Shown here: piece after piece, positions 32,809 to 43,767 of the stretch
Numbering within the stretch: position 1 is the first letter of the stretch
Layout of the letters: every line of letters starts with the position of its first letter
The notes under the pieces: model-generated
Told to the model about the DNA's origin: nothing
Databases searched by the model: none
The model's input: the letters and a program-made list of their open reading frames with translations, nothing else
From: Candidatus Micrarchaeota archaeon
GTDB taxonomy: Archaea > Micrarchaeota > Micrarchaeia > Micrarchaeales > CABMGC01
Length of the DNA stretch: 64,000 nt
Direction of reading: 5' to 3'
Assembly: GCA_021818995.1 (NCBI GenBank)
Contig: JAKASP010000001.1
Coordinates: 157,381-221,380 of the forward strand
Made by a program: the position numbers and the translations under genes

Positions 32809-33894
32809 TTGGTTAAGCTAATAGAGTACAGGCAGCTCACGAGCATACTTGCGATGTTCCTAATAGTTCAGCTTGCAGGCCTGCTCGTGGTCTTTTACCT
32901 GCTCACTCCGGCCGAGGTGTCGATCGGTCCGCCGGGAGGAGGCGGCAGCTCTATCAGCGTCTTCCTCTACTTCATCTACCTGATTGCTGCCGCGGTGGCG
33001 ATGTTCTTCCTTTTCAAGAGGTATCATGGCCCGCTGCTATTCAAGGGCATAGAGGCTGTGGTCGTAGTATCGGCAGCGTTCTACCTCTTCGTGATAATCC
33101 TGTCGGCGCTCTTCCCCAACGGCTCGTACTACGTCTTCGGGGCTGCGCTTGCGGCATCGGTGGTGCTCATCGCTGCAAAGAACAAGTGGCAATGGCTCCG
33201 CAACTTCACGGCTATTGTTGCAAGCGTTGGCGTGGGGGTTGTGCTGGGCGTCTTCTTCGGGTTCACGGCAGCGCTCGTCTTCATGGCGCTTGTCGCAGCG
33301 TACGACTACGTTGCGGTCTTCGTGACGAAACATATGATAACGCTAGGAAGGGAGTCTGTAAACAGGAACCTCGCGTTCATGGTGGGAACGTATGATGTAG
33401 AGGTCGTGCCCAGGAGCTACCTTAAGGCCAAGGAAGCCTCGATGCTCGGCAAGGAACTGAGAAGCACGAAGGATGCGGCGCTCAGGAAGCTTATCAAGTC
33501 CGGGAGCCTGCCGATGCCGGCATTCTCGGCACTGGGCGCGGGGGACCTTGCGATACCGCTCATGGTGGCAGTGAGCGCATACGTGACCTTTCTCAGCTAC
33601 TTCTTCAGCGCGCTGATAGTGGCGTGCTCGTGCCTCGGTTTGATCTTTGCGATGTACATCTCGAAGCGCTACCAGATGGCGCTGCCTGCGATACCTCCTC
33701 TTTTCGCTTTTGTGAGCGTAGGGCTTGGAATATACGTGCTGATCACCTCGCCAGGCAACTGGCACCTCTACTCCCTCGCTTTCGCTGAGGGCGTTATCGT
33801 GCTTGCGATCATGTGGATAACTGCAGTAAACAGGAGCAGGCAGGGCCTTGGCTCGAGGATAACCCCACGCAGGCCTATCTCTTCTCGATCCTGA
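32809..33894 (+). CDS. presenilin/signal-peptide-peptidase-like intramembrane aspartyl protease
   Basis: 361 aa and polytopic. The catalytic pair is AAYDYVAVF (YD) and LGAGDLAIP (GxGD), followed by a Pro-rich ALPAIPP (PAL-like) segment. The TTG start is uncertain. Confidence 0.75.
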   Translation: MVKLIEYRQLTSILAMFLIVQLAGLLVVFYLLTPAEVSIGPPGGGGSSISVFLYFIYLIAAAVAMFFLFKRYHGPLLFKGIEAVVVVSAAFYLFVIILSALFPNGSYYVFGAALAASVVLIAAKNKWQWLRNFTAIVASVGVGVVLGVFFGFTAALVFMALVAAYDYVAVFVTKHMITLGRESVNRNLAFMVGTYDVEVVPRSYLKAKEASMLGKELRSTKDAALRKLIKSGSLPMPAFSALGAGDLAIPLMVAVSAYVTFLSYFFSALIVACSCLGLIFAMYISKRYQMALPAIPPLFAFVSVGLGIYVLITSPGNWHLYSLAFAEGVIVLAIMWITAVNRSRQGLGSRITPRRPISSRS

Positions 33895-34564
33895 GCCTGA
33901 ATCTTTCCTTTACGATTATCTGCCCGCGGCCCCTGCAGACCTTGCAGCTCTTGTCAAATGTCTTGCCGCGTCCGCCGCATCTGCCACACACACCTTGCAT
34001 GAAGAAGAATGCCCCAAGCCCTTGCGACCCGCCCCTGCGCACCGTGCCGGTGCCGTTGCACTCGGGACATGTTGCTATTTTAGACCCGGGTTCTGCGCCG
34101 TTGCCGTTGCAGTGGTCGCACGTCTTGTACCGCTGTATCTCAATCTCCCTGTCAAGGCCTTTCTCCATGTCAGATATGGGAACGTTGAGGTTGAGCTGCT
34201 CTTCATACTGCTGCCTCTGCCTGCTGCCGATGTCTGCTCCGAAAATCTCTTCGAAGTTGCCCATGCTTCCGAAGTTGATTCCCATCTGCTTGAACAGGCT
34301 CTCGAAATCTACGCCGCGCATTATGTCCTCCGGATTATACCACTGGTTGAACTGCGCAGAGCCGAGCATGTCGTACTGCTGCCTCTTCTGAGGGTCGCTC
34401 AGCACCGCGTAAGCCTCATTGATCGATTTGAATCTCTCCTCAGCGTCCTTGCTCTTGTTGCGGTCCGGATGGAACTGGAGGGCGAGGTTCCTGTAAGCGC
34501 GCTTTATGTCCTCAGGGTTCGCGTCCTTCCTGACGCCCAGCACATCATAGTAGTCCTTTGCCAC
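33875..34564 (-). CDS. dnaJ: DnaJ-type co-chaperone, short form (J domain plus Cys-rich zinc domain only)
   Basis: The J domain is DYYDVLGV...HPDRN...AYAVLSDPQKRQQYD, and there are four CxxCxGxG repeats (CDHCNGNG, CPECNGTG, CGRCGGRG, CKVCRGRG). The ORF ends after 229 aa. Confidence 0.85.
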   Translation of the reverse strand: MAKDYYDVLGVRKDANPEDIKRAYRNLALQFHPDRNKSKDAEERFKSINEAYAVLSDPQKRQQYDMLGSAQFNQWYNPEDIMRGVDFESLFKQMGINFGSMGNFEEIFGADIGSRQRQQYEEQLNLNVPISDMEKGLDREIEIQRYKTCDHCNGNGAEPGSKIATCPECNGTGTVRRGGSQGLGAFFFMQGVCGRCGGRGKTFDKSCKVCRGRGQIIVKERFRLRIEKR

Positions 34565-34567
34565 CTA

Positions 34568-36421
34568 TTAGCCTCTAAAGTTTGCATCCGCAGATCCTTC
34601 GCTGCTGCTCGGTCCTCCGGATTCTGGTCCCGGACCCTGCTCCGGTCCGGTCTGTCCCTGGCCTTGACCCTGGCCGTAGACGCTCGAGCCTATTGACTGC
34701 AGTTCGTTCTTGAGCGATTCGAGCTTCTCCTTTATCGAAGGGTAGTCGTCCTTGTCAAGCGCTGCCTGCAGTTCGTCCTTCGCCTTGTCGGCCTTCTCGT
34801 ACATCTCCTTCGATAGCTTTTCCTTGTTATCCTTCAGTAGCTTTCCTGCTGAGTAGACGAGAGTTTCGGCGTCGTTCTTTGTCTGCGTCTTCTCGAGCTC
34901 CTCCTTGTCCTGCGAGGCGTATTCCTCGGCTTCCTTTACCTTCTTGTCTATGTCCTCCCTGGCCATCTTGTTCGGGGCAACGACCTGCATACCCTGCTGC
35001 TTGCCGGTCTTAGTGTCCTTTGCGTTGACGTGGAGTATGCCGTTCGCGTCGATATCGAACGTCACCTCTATCTGCGGCATTCCTCGCGGGGCGGGAAGTA
35101 TGCCGGTAAGCATGAACCTTCCAAGGCTCACGTTGTCCTTGGCCATAGGGCGCTCGCCCTGCAGTATGTTAATATCTACTGCAGACTGGTTGTCATCGGC
35201 TGTCGAGAATATCTGCGATTTCTTTATCGGCACTGTTGTGTTTCTTGATATGAGCACTGTGGAGACTCCACCGAGCGTCTCAAGGCCTAGCGAAAGCGGC
35301 GTTACATCGAGCAGCACTATGTCCTTCACCTCTCCGGTGAGCACACCCGCCTGCACCGCAGCGCCGAACGCTACGGCTTCCATCGGATCCACGCCGCGCT
35401 CTATCTTCTTGCCGTACAGCTGCTCCACATATCTCTGCACTATCGGCATTCTTGTGGGTCCGCCTACCAGTATGACCTTGTCTATGTGGCCAGGCTCGAG
35501 CTTCGCGTCCCTGAGGGCCTGCTGCATCGGCTTGAGCGTGCGCTCGACTATGGGCATGACAAGCTCCTCGAGCTTCGCCCTTGTGAGCGAGTAGCTGAAG
35601 TTGACCGGCTTGCCCCCGACGCTGCCTAGGAACGGCAGGTTTATCTCGCTGCTTAGCGTCGTCGAGAGTTCTATCTTCGCGCGCTCCGCAGCTTCCCTTA
35701 CCCTTTGCAGCGCCTGCGCATCCTTGCTTATGTCAAGGTTCGCCTTCTTCTTTATCTCCGCCTTGAGGAAATCAACAAGCGTGTTGTCCATGTCAGTTCC
35801 TCCAAGCTGCGTGTCCCCGTTTGTGGACTTCACTTCGAAAACGCCGTTGCCGAACTCCATGATGGTCACATCCAGGGTTCCGCCCCCGAAGTCATAGACC
35901 ATTATCTTCTGCTCCTTGCCTGTCTTGTCGAGGCCGTATGCGAGCGCGGCTGCGGTGGGCTCGTTAACCAGCCTCGTTACCTTCAGTCCTGCGATCTCGC
36001 CGGCGTCCTTTGTCGCCTGGCGCTGGTTGTCATTGAAGTACGCAGGCACGGTGATCACTGCCTCCTTGATCTCCTCTCCGAGGAACGCCTCTGCATCGTG
36101 CTTTATTTTCTGAAGAAGTATCGCGGACAGCTCTTGGGGCGCGTACTCCTTGCCCAGTATCTTGTACTTGAAACTCGTTCCCATCTTTCTCTTGAACGCG
36201 GCAGCAGTCCCCTCGGTGTTTGCCACCGCCTGCCTTCTCGCGGGCTCGCCGACTATGCGCTGGCCGTCCTTGGTGAAGGCTACGTAGCTCGGGAAGGATT
36301 TCCCGTATAGCGATGTGCCTTCCGCGCTCGGTATTAGGACAGGCCTGCCTCCCTGCAGCACAGCCGCAGCTGAATTCGAAGTTCCAAGATCTATTCCGAT
36401 TGTCTTTGCCATTTTATTCAC
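34568..36421 (-). CDS. dnaK: Hsp70 chaperone DnaK
   Basis: [19 protein letters not shown] and [11 protein letters not shown] signatures are present. The tail is Gly/Gln/Pro-rich. Confidence 0.97.
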   Translation of the reverse strand: MNKMAKTIGIDLGTSNSAAAVLQGGRPVLIPSAEGTSLYGKSFPSYVAFTKDGQRIVGEPARRQAVANTEGTAAAFKRKMGTSFKYKILGKEYAPQELSAILLQKIKHDAEAFLGEEIKEAVITVPAYFNDNQRQATKDAGEIAGLKVTRLVNEPTAAALAYGLDKTGKEQKIMVYDFGGGTLDVTIMEFGNGVFEVKSTNGDTQLGGTDMDNTLVDFLKAEIKKKANLDISKDAQALQRVREAAERAKIELSTTLSSEINLPFLGSVGGKPVNFSYSLTRAKLEELVMPIVERTLKPMQQALRDAKLEPGHIDKVILVGGPTRMPIVQRYVEQLYGKKIERGVDPMEAVAFGAAVQAGVLTGEVKDIVLLDVTPLSLGLETLGGVSTVLISRNTTVPIKKSQIFSTADDNQSAVDINILQGERPMAKDNVSLGRFMLTGILPAPRGMPQIEVTFDIDANGILHVNAKDTKTGKQQGMQVVAPNKMAREDIDKKVKEAEEYASQDKEELEKTQTKNDAETLVYSAGKLLKDNKEKLSKEMYEKADKAKDELQAALDKDDYPSIKEKLESLKNELQSIGSSVYGQGQGQGQTGPEQGPGPESGGPSSSEGSADANFRG

Positions 36422-36986
36422 CTTCTTTTTCCTCCTCTTCCGAAGCGTTACTTTTTGATACTATGACGGCGCTCGGCCTGAGCAGCATGTCGTTGAACGT
36501 GTATCCCTTCCTGACTATCTCTATGATGGTGCCCTCCGGCTCCTTGCTCTCCCTCGTCATTATTATCTCATGCTTGTACGGGTCGTATTTGCCCTTAGAG
36601 TCTATCTCCTTCAGGCCTGCGCTCTTCAGCGAGCCGAGTATGTTGGAGAAGACGAGCTCGACGCCTTTTATGTGCGCCTTATCGTGCTCCGACTCCGAAA
36701 GCGCAGCGAGCGCCAGTTCGAACTCATCGAGCGTCGGAAGAAGGGCCTTTGCCAGCTCGGCCTTCCCTACGCCCCTCGCCGCGTCGAGGTCCTTTGCGGA
36801 TCTCTTCTTGTAGTTGTCGAACTCGGCCGCGAGCCTCAGCAGCTTGTCCTTCATCTCAACCATCTCTTTTTCCTGGTCGTTCGAAGGAGCCGCCGGCTCA
36901 CTTTTTTGCTGCTTTTGCTCTCTTTTCCCGTTTTGTTGCGGTTTGTTCTCTTCCTGTGCCATAAACCTCACTTGTGAATAGCTCAT
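36414..36986 (-). CDS. grpE: nucleotide exchange factor GrpE
   Basis: [17 protein letters not shown], and a C-terminal beta domain ending ...[21 protein letters not shown]. It overlaps dnaK by 8 nt. An alternative ATG at 36962 would reduce the overlap with the upstream regulator. Confidence 0.85.
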   Translation of the reverse strand: MSYSQVRFMAQEENKPQQNGKREQKQQKSEPAAPSNDQEKEMVEMKDKLLRLAAEFDNYKKRSAKDLDAARGVGKAELAKALLPTLDEFELALAALSESEHDKAHIKGVELVFSNILGSLKSAGLKEIDSKGKYDPYKHEIIMTRESKEPEGTIIEIVRKGYTFNDMLLRPSAVIVSKSNASEEEEKEGE

Positions 36987-37365
36987 CGAGTTTGCTTGCG
37001 AACTGCATCATGCGGTTGAATTCTGCGACCATCTCTGCCTGTATCTCCTGTATCGTACTCTGGAAATCGCTTCCGCGAAGGAAGTACTCCCTGCCCTTCC
37101 TCACCACCAGGCCCGAATCAATGAACTTGTTAAGGTTGTATATCACTGTGCTGAGCGGCTGCTTTAGCTCTGCGCTAAGTCCCTTGCTCGTGGTGCCTAC
37201 TCCCTGCAGGCTGTTGTTCACTATGATCGCGAACATCTTACGTTCTGGAGTATCGTCCTTGCCGGAAAGGTTGAACGACTCGAAGAACCAGTTGGTGATG
37301 GCCTGGGGGTTATCTTCGTCTGGCTTGCTAACCGCTCTGATTACTATCTTTTCCCCCTTTGGCAT
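36898..37365 (-). CDS. winged-helix transcriptional regulator upstream of grpE-dnaK-dnaJ
   Basis: 155 aa. The segment TSKGLSAELKQPLSTVIYNLNKFIDSGLVVRKGREYFLRG looks like an HTH plus wing. It is the first gene of the co-directional chaperone operon. Confidence 0.55.
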   Translation of the reverse strand: MPKGEKIVIRAVSKPDEDNPQAITNWFFESFNLSGKDDTPERKMFAIIVNNSLQGVGTTSKGLSAELKQPLSTVIYNLNKFIDSGLVVRKGREYFLRGSDFQSTIQEIQAEMVAEFNRMMQFASKLDELFTSEVYGTGREQTATKREKRAKAAKK

Positions 37366-37427
37366 GCTTCAAACTATATATGTTCTAATATAAAAATATT
37401 TGCTTTTTTCCAAGAAAAAGTTGAAAA

Positions 37428-37898
37428 TTAGCTAGTTAAGGCTGCGCCGTGAAGGGAAGGCCAATATCTGTCCTGCAGCTCTTGCGCGAGAACTCCCAGA
37501 AGCCTCAAAGCGACATTTTTGTTTTCCGGAGTGGCATCATAGAAATGTACAGCTGTAGAATTCGCAAATGTGACGCTGCTGCCAACTTCCGTGTAAGAGA
37601 CCGGCAAGAATTGCACAGTGAGCTTGAGATGTCCTGCGACTTCGTCGAAGTCGGGGTTCTTGATCCTGTGTACTATCTTTATCTTCTCCGGAGAAAAAGT
37701 GTCGACGAAGTCCAGCGCATCGTTGAACTCTAGGTTGTTAAATATCTTGCTAATTATCGGGGTCATCTCTCTTTCTATTTCATTATCGCTGCGCTTTGCC
37801 TTGAACAGCAGGTGCGAGAGCGTGCCCTTCGAGCCGCTCATTTCGCGCTCTAGCTTCTTTGCGGTTTCAGCATCAGCAGTAACCAGTCTTACCCCCAT
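37428..37898 (-). CDS. hypothetical protein
   Basis: 156-aa ORF with protein-like composition. No family recognised. Confidence 0.45.
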   Translation of the reverse strand: MGVRLVTADAETAKKLEREMSGSKGTLSHLLFKAKRSDNEIEREMTPIISKIFNNLEFNDALDFVDTFSPEKIKIVHRIKNPDFDEVAGHLKLTVQFLPVSYTEVGSSVTFANSTAVHFYDATPENKNVALRLLGVLAQELQDRYWPSLHGAALTS

Positions 37899-37962
37899 GT
37901 CCTTCCATTTGCCTCGGCTTAATATAAAGATTGTTGTTAAAAACGGCTGTTGACGAAGGATG

Positions 37963-38034
37963 TGGACTCTGCGGGATTCGAACCCGCAACCCCCTGCATG
38001 CCATGCAGGTGCGCTACCGTTGCGCTAAGAGCCC
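37963..38034 (-). tRNA. tRNA-Ala (anticodon GGC)
   Basis: The minus-strand acceptor GGGCTCT/AGAGTCC contains the G3-U70 alanine identity pair. The anticodon stem is CCTGC/GCAGG with loop ATGGCAT, and the T-arm is GCGGG-TTCGAAT-CCCGC. Confidence 0.9.
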
Positions 38035-38080
38035 AACGGTAAACCTGATCGTTTTAGGTTTAAATGCTCTTCTGCAAAGG

Positions 38081-38308
38081 TCAGACCGGCGACACGTAAA
38101 GGATGTTTCCGCCGCGCAGCAGTATCGTGCCGAGCTTTGTCTTTGAGCCTCCGTCGTCGCCGAGCTCCTCAGCCTCAGCCAGAACCATGTTCATGTGCGC
38201 GTCGAACGATGAGACCTTTCCCCTTATCCCGCTGCCGTTCTTAAGGCGTATTAGCACATGCTGGCCTATCGACTTGTTGAGAAGATCAAACGGCCTTTCT
38301 GCTTGCAT
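38081..38308 (-). CDS. Sm-like archaeal protein (LSm/SmAP)
   Basis: 75 aa. Sm1 is VLIRLKNGSGIRGKVSSFDAHMNMVL and Sm2 is ILLRGGNILYVSP. Confidence 0.85.
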   Translation of the reverse strand: MQAERPFDLLNKSIGQHVLIRLKNGSGIRGKVSSFDAHMNMVLAEAEELGDDGGSKTKLGTILLRGGNILYVSPV

Positions 38309-38350
38309 AAAATCAACACAAGATACAAATCACAACTATTTAATGCTTGC

Positions 38351-39382
38351 TCATTTCTCCTTCTTCTTCGTCTCTTTTCTCTTTATGACCAGCTTGACCG
38401 AGCCAGTGCCCAGGGGTATCTGCTTTCCAACGAGTATGTTCTCGGTAACTCCGCGCATGTAGTCTATCTGGCCGAAGGCCGCGGCGTTGATCAGGTGCTT
38501 GACAGTTTCCTCGAAAGCCGCCTTTGCGAATACTGATTCCTTCTTGCCGACAAGGCCGTGCCTTCCTATGCTCTGGAGCGTGCCGTCCGCAGTCATAGCG
38601 TCTGCGATGAGCGAGATGTGCCTGTCGTTCACAGATATGTCCTGGTCCTCCAGCGTCTTCTTCAGCTCCAGGGCCAGTGTGTTCCTTGCAGCTTCAACTC
38701 CGAAGACCCTGTACATCGCGAAGAGGTCGTTCGTGTAGATCTTGCCGGGGTCCACGCCCTCTACCTGCATCACAGGCTCGATGTTGCTGCCGGCGGCCTC
38801 AACATAGAACTCTCCGCCCTTTTCCTGCGCGACCATTGCTTTGCCGGCGCCCTCTATTCCGTTGACAATCGCCTTTGTTATCTTGACGGTCACCGCGCGC
38901 ACGTCCTTCAGGTTCTTCGTGTGCGTGTTGACTATTATGTTCCCGTGCTCGCCCACCTTCGTCTCCACTCCCAACTCCTTGGCGAGTCTCGCAGCTGCCT
39001 GCCTGGCAGTGAGGTCGACAGCCTGCATTGACTGCTCGTTAAGTATCACGAGTATCTTGCCGCTCGCGAAGTTCTCTGCCACGCGCTTCATTATGCTCCT
39101 CATCTTGATCTCGCTTATCTTCTTAGCGACCTCGTCAGCTTTAGCGAAGCTCTTCGAGTAAGATTCCTTTAGATGGATGCGCATTATCGGGGACGATGGC
39201 ATCTTCTTGGCGTCGAGCAGCTCTATTATCCTTGGAAGGCCGGACGTGGCGATCGTAGCCGCGACTCCTGCAAGGTGGAACGTCCTGAGCACCATCTGCG
39301 TGCCAGGCTCTCCGAGCGATTGCGCTGCTATGACTCCCACCGGTTCTCCGGCTTGAACGTTATACTCCTGGTCCTTTGCCAT
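38351..39382 (-). CDS. rpoA2: DNA-directed RNA polymerase subunit A''
   Basis: [27 protein letters not shown] starts the protein. It is the last gene of the rpoH-B-A operon, 2 nt after A'. Confidence 0.95.
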   Translation of the reverse strand: MAKDQEYNVQAGEPVGVIAAQSLGEPGTQMVLRTFHLAGVAATIATSGLPRIIELLDAKKMPSSPIMRIHLKESYSKSFAKADEVAKKISEIKMRSIMKRVAENFASGKILVILNEQSMQAVDLTARQAAARLAKELGVETKVGEHGNIIVNTHTKNLKDVRAVTVKITKAIVNGIEGAGKAMVAQEKGGEFYVEAAGSNIEPVMQVEGVDPGKIYTNDLFAMYRVFGVEAARNTLALELKKTLEDQDISVNDRHISLIADAMTADGTLQSIGRHGLVGKKESVFAKAAFEETVKHLINAAAFGQIDYMRGVTENILVGKQIPLGTGSVKLVIKRKETKKKEK

Positions 39383-39384
39383 GT

Positions 39385-41934
39385 CTATTCCTTCTTCTGC
39401 TTTGCGAAGCTCACCCTTGTCGGGTCTATGCCGTCGCCTCCGTATATGGTCTCTATCACGTTGTTGTTGACGTCCCTGACGCTGTTGTCGTGCGTCACGT
39501 AGTAGTCCTGGAGCGCGTTCGCGAGCCTTCTCTGCAGGTATCCGCTCCTCTGCGTGAGCAGGCCCTTCTGTATGACTGTGCCCCTGCCTCCCACAGCGTG
39601 CATTATCATCTCTATAGGCGTAAGTCCGTCGGAGTAGCTGCTGCCTACGAAGCCCCTCGCCTCTGCGCTGCTATCATTCCTGGGTATGTGCGGCACGACC
39701 CTGTTTGTGTAGTATCCGCGCTTTATCCTGCCACCTTCCCTTGTTGCCTGCTGCCCGAGAAACATGCTTACCTGCTCGAGGTTGAGCACGTTGGCCCTGG
39801 CCCCGGATGTTGCCATGAGCATCGCGAAGTTTGAGCTGCTCGTGTTCTTGACAAGCATCTGTATCGCCTTCCCCCTCGCGAGGTCCAGCTCCACCATGAT
39901 CATCTGCTCCAGCGACTGCCTGAGCGTGAGTCCGAGGAGCGGCTCAAGCTTTTTGCTCTTGTACTGCGCGATCAGCTCCTTGACCTTGCCCTCGGTCTCC
40001 GCTATCATCTTCTCCTTCTCCTTCCTCATCTCGTCTGTGAGCAGGTAGTCCTTCACTCCTATGGTGACACCTGAGAGGGTCGCATATGCGTATGCGAGCC
40101 TTGACGATGTCGCCAGGAACTTCTTCAGCTCCTCGAATCCGCACTGCATCGCTATCGCAGCGAAGAGCTTGTTGGATCCGCCGGCGGCGTACGCCTTCTT
40201 GTTTATCACTCCAGACACCAGCTCGCTGTCCTTGATCTTCAGCACGTCGTTGCCCGACTGCGATTCGAAGTTGAGGCCCTTAGGCAGAAGCATCGAGAAG
40301 ATTGCCTTCCCGCTGTATGTTCCGTCCCTCTCTGCCTTCGGCAGCTCCCTTATGCCTGCTGCGCCGAGCAGGTACTCTGCTTCCTCGAGCTCTAGGGACG
40401 TGCCGTCCTGCGTAAGCATGTAGAGTCCGATGACCCCGTCCTCTCCGTTCGCGATTATCACGTTGCCGTCCCTGGGTGAGAAGATCTGGTTCTGGACAGC
40501 CATGAGGTACTTGGCCTCGGCCTGGGCCTCGAGCGTCTGCGGTATGTGCAGGTTCATCTCGTCTCCGTCGAAGTCTGCGTTGTACGGGGCAGTCGCCGGG
40601 TATGTTATTCGGAAGGTCTTGCCAGGCAGCACCTTGACCCTGTGTGCCATTATGCTTATCCTGTGGAGCGACGGCTGCCTGTTGAAGAGCGCTATGTCGC
40701 CGTCCTGCAGCTGCCTCTCGAGTACGTAGCCTGCCTTTATCTCCTTGAGCAGCTCCTCCTTGTTCGTGTCAAGTATTCGCTTGCGCTTGCCGTCCTGCGC
40801 GACTATGTTTATCACCATCGGGTACTCCGTGCGCTCGAGCAGCTTCTTCGCAGCTTCGAGGTTCCACTCGGTTATGTAGAACGGCACTGTCAGCTTCTCC
40901 GCTATAGCTTGAGGCACCCCTACCTCGTCTATGTCTATTGCGGGATCGACGCTGATGACAGTTCTTGCTGAGTAGTTGACCCTCTTTCCCGAGAGGTTGT
41001 ACCTGAAACGGCCCTCCTTGCCCTTCAGCCTCTGCGCGATGGTCTTGAGCGCCCTCCCGCTCCTGTGCCTTGCGGGCGGTATGCCGCTGGTCTCGTTGTT
41101 GAAGTACGTGGTGACGTGGTACTGGAGCAGCTCCCAGAGGTCGTCTATGATTATCTGAGGCGCGCCCGCGTTTATGTTCTGCTCTAGCCTCTGGTTGATC
41201 CTCATTATGTCCACGAGCTTGTGCGTTAGGTCGTCCTCGCTCCTCTCTCCTGTCTCCAAGGTTATGCTGGGCCTCACGTCCACTGGAGGCACCAGGAGCG
41301 AATTCAGTATGAGCGCTTCGGGCCTGCTCGTCTTTGGGTCAACGCCTATCAGCTTCAGGTCGTCGTCGCTAACCTTCGCGAGCATGTCGCGTATCTCGTC
41401 AGGCTTGAGCCTGCGCTCTCCGAGGTAGAAGTATGTGGGCATGGAGAACTTGAGCTTCTCCTGCACCGTCTGGCAGTGCGGGCACTTCTTCACGCTCTTA
41501 AGCTTCTTCAGCATGTCCTGCTCAGAGTGCTTGTCGGCCGATGCCTCTGCCGGGGTGGTCTCAGGTGCAAGCTCGCGCTCCATCTCCTCCTTGAAGACCC
41601 CGATCTGGTCGTTGTTCAGCAGGATCCTGTGGCACTTCTGGCACGTGGCCTGCAGCAGCATATTGATTATCTTCGCGAACTCGGAATGGATCACAGGGCG
41701 CACGAGCTCAATGTGGCCGAAGTGGCCGGGGCAGGTCTTCGCCCTACCGCCGCACGTCTTGCACACGAGTCCTGGGTCTATGACCCCGAGCCTCTGGTCC
41801 AGCAGGCCCCCGTCTATCGGGTAGCCGTCCTCGTTGTACGTGTCTGGCACTGTGAGCTTCGCCACGCTGAGCTTGCGTATCTGCTCCTGGGAGAAGATCC
41901 CGAACTTTATCTGCTTGATCACTTCTGCTTGCAT
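39385..41934 (-). CDS. rpoA1: DNA-directed RNA polymerase subunit A'
   Basis: 849 aa. It has zinc motifs [16 protein letters not shown], the active site [12 protein letters not shown], and RQPSLHR. Confidence 0.97.
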   Translation of the reverse strand: MQAEVIKQIKFGIFSQEQIRKLSVAKLTVPDTYNEDGYPIDGGLLDQRLGVIDPGLVCKTCGGRAKTCPGHFGHIELVRPVIHSEFAKIINMLLQATCQKCHRILLNNDQIGVFKEEMERELAPETTPAEASADKHSEQDMLKKLKSVKKCPHCQTVQEKLKFSMPTYFYLGERRLKPDEIRDMLAKVSDDDLKLIGVDPKTSRPEALILNSLLVPPVDVRPSITLETGERSEDDLTHKLVDIMRINQRLEQNINAGAPQIIIDDLWELLQYHVTTYFNNETSGIPPARHRSGRALKTIAQRLKGKEGRFRYNLSGKRVNYSARTVISVDPAIDIDEVGVPQAIAEKLTVPFYITEWNLEAAKKLLERTEYPMVINIVAQDGKRKRILDTNKEELLKEIKAGYVLERQLQDGDIALFNRQPSLHRISIMAHRVKVLPGKTFRITYPATAPYNADFDGDEMNLHIPQTLEAQAEAKYLMAVQNQIFSPRDGNVIIANGEDGVIGLYMLTQDGTSLELEEAEYLLGAAGIRELPKAERDGTYSGKAIFSMLLPKGLNFESQSGNDVLKIKDSELVSGVINKKAYAAGGSNKLFAAIAMQCGFEELKKFLATSSRLAYAYATLSGVTIGVKDYLLTDEMRKEKEKMIAETEGKVKELIAQYKSKKLEPLLGLTLRQSLEQMIMVELDLARGKAIQMLVKNTSSSNFAMLMATSGARANVLNLEQVSMFLGQQATREGGRIKRGYYTNRVVPHIPRNDSSAEARGFVGSSYSDGLTPIEMIMHAVGGRGTVIQKGLLTQRSGYLQRRLANALQDYYVTHDNSVRDVNNNVIETIYGGDGIDPTRVSFAKQKKE

Positions 41935-41936
41935 GC

Positions 41937-43766
41937 CTATTCCTCCATTCCAACCTGCGGCCTGATGTGCAGGCTCTTTATCTCGTCAAGAAGCAGCTTG
42001 AAAGCGTAGCTTATCTCCACTTCCGAGAGCTTGTTGCTGTTGCACAGCGGGCAGACGTCCACGCGCTTCGCGTAGTCTCTGTATCCTATGCTTCCGCACT
42101 CCTTGCAGATCAGCACCGTGGCCTTGTCGCTCTGGTCGAGCATTCGCTCCTTCAGCAGAAGGCTCGCTCCGTATGCGACGAGCACGTCTCGTTCCATCTC
42201 TCCGAACCTGAGGCCTCCGAGCCTCGCCTTGCCCTCTGTCGGCTGGTGCGTGAGTATCTGCACCGTTCCCCTTGACCTGACCTGCATCTTGTTGCTGACC
42301 ATGTGGTGCAGTCTGTTGTAATAGACAACTCCTTGGAAGAGCTTTGCCTTGAAAGGCCTTCCTGTTACGCCGTCGAATAGGGTCTCCTCTCCGTACTTCT
42401 CGAATCCGTGGCCCTCGAGTATCTTCGCGTATTCTGACAGACGCTCGCTCCCCTTCTCTGAGAAGGCTGTGCCGTCCATCCTTGTGCCTTTGAGAGATCC
42501 GGCCTTCGCTCCCAAGGTCTCAAGCAGATGGCCGAAGGTCATTCTGCTTGGTATTCCGTGCGGGTTGAGCATGAGGTCCGGCACTATTCCCTGCTCTGTG
42601 AACGGCATGTCCGCGTGCGGCACCACAAGCGCCACGACTCCCTTCTGCCCGTGCCTGCTGCCGAACTTGTCCCCGGCTTCCGGCACGCGTATGCCCCTCA
42701 CCCTCACCTTGACTATCCTTGTAGCTCCTGGCGATTCTGTGAATATCACATCGTCGACGACGCCGCTCTCTCCCGGCTTCATTACTATCGAGTCGTCGCG
42801 TGTCTTCTCCTCAAGCCCTCCTGCGCCTATGCTCTCCTCGAGGAATCTCGGCGGCGCGACCTTGCCTATGAGCACGTCTCCCTCCTCCACAGTCATCTCT
42901 GGCTCTATGACACCGTCCTCGCTCAGCTTCGAGTACGCATGCTCGCCGAGGTAGCCCTCGGTTGTTGCGGGCGGAATCTTGAAGATGTCCTTCTGTCCTC
43001 CAGGGTATCTGCGCTCCTCATCAGAATAGGTCTTGTAGAACATGCTCCTTGCGAGGCCCCTGTCGACAGCTGCCTTGTTCAGGACCACGGCATCCTGCAT
43101 GTTATATCCATAGAAGGTGGAGAGTGCAACAACGAAGTTCTGCCCGGATGCGTGTTTGCCCAGCTTGAGCGCCTCGTAAGCTGCCGTGGTTACTATCGGC
43201 GCCTGCGGGTAGAAGAGTATGTACGCCCTCGACTCGAACCTGAGGTTGAAGTTAGTAGCATAAAGGCCCTGCGCCTGCTTGATGTAGCTTGAGAACATGA
43301 GGTGCCTCGGCGCGCTGTTCGTCTCTGGGAACGGGGCTGTGTTCGCTGTGAACCCAAAGATCGAGACCGGGTCAACTTCCAGGTGGGTCGTCTTCTCGCC
43401 TATGTCTGCTTCGGTCATGGCAACGAGCGCGTTCTCCTCCTCCTCAGCGTCGAGAAACTCGAGTATGCCGTTCCTTATCAGGTAGCCGAAGTCTATCTCC
43501 TTCTTCTCAAGCTTCTCGAAGAGCTCCTTTGTGAGCCTCGACTTGCCGTTCTCTACGATTATGTATGGCTTCCTGACCCTTCCGCGGTCAGTGTTTATGT
43601 GGACCTCGTTGAGCTTCTCAAGATAAGCGACGTTGACCTCTCCTGATATTACGCCCTTCCTCCTCGCCTCCTTCACTTCCTTTATGTAGGCAAATGGGTC
43701 TGCAACGTGGCCTATGGCCTTGCCGTTGAGGTGAACATAGCACTTTTCGCTTACCTTCTTCGCCAT
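41937..43766 (-). CDS. rpoB1: DNA-directed RNA polymerase subunit B' (C-terminal half of the split B)
   Basis: GDKFGSRHGQKGV, LRFGEMERD and the zinc ribbon CKECGS...CPLC are present. It is separated from B'' by 1 nt. Confidence 0.97.
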   Translation of the reverse strand: MAKKVSEKCYVHLNGKAIGHVADPFAYIKEVKEARRKGVISGEVNVAYLEKLNEVHINTDRGRVRKPYIIVENGKSRLTKELFEKLEKKEIDFGYLIRNGILEFLDAEEEENALVAMTEADIGEKTTHLEVDPVSIFGFTANTAPFPETNSAPRHLMFSSYIKQAQGLYATNFNLRFESRAYILFYPQAPIVTTAAYEALKLGKHASGQNFVVALSTFYGYNMQDAVVLNKAAVDRGLARSMFYKTYSDEERRYPGGQKDIFKIPPATTEGYLGEHAYSKLSEDGVIEPEMTVEEGDVLIGKVAPPRFLEESIGAGGLEEKTRDDSIVMKPGESGVVDDVIFTESPGATRIVKVRVRGIRVPEAGDKFGSRHGQKGVVALVVPHADMPFTEQGIVPDLMLNPHGIPSRMTFGHLLETLGAKAGSLKGTRMDGTAFSEKGSERLSEYAKILEGHGFEKYGEETLFDGVTGRPFKAKLFQGVVYYNRLHHMVSNKMQVRSRGTVQILTHQPTEGKARLGGLRFGEMERDVLVAYGASLLLKERMLDQSDKATVLICKECGSIGYRDYAKRVDVCPLCNSNKLSEVEISYAFKLLLDEIKSLHIRPQVGMEE

Positions 43767-43767
43767 C

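Noticed and set aside
34590-34680. Short GC-rich periodic DNA (ggtcc/ggacc/ctggcc repeats)
   Set aside because: It encodes the Gly/Gln/Pro-rich C-terminal tail of DnaK ([22 protein letters not shown]). This is coding low complexity, not a CRISPR array or tandem repeat element.
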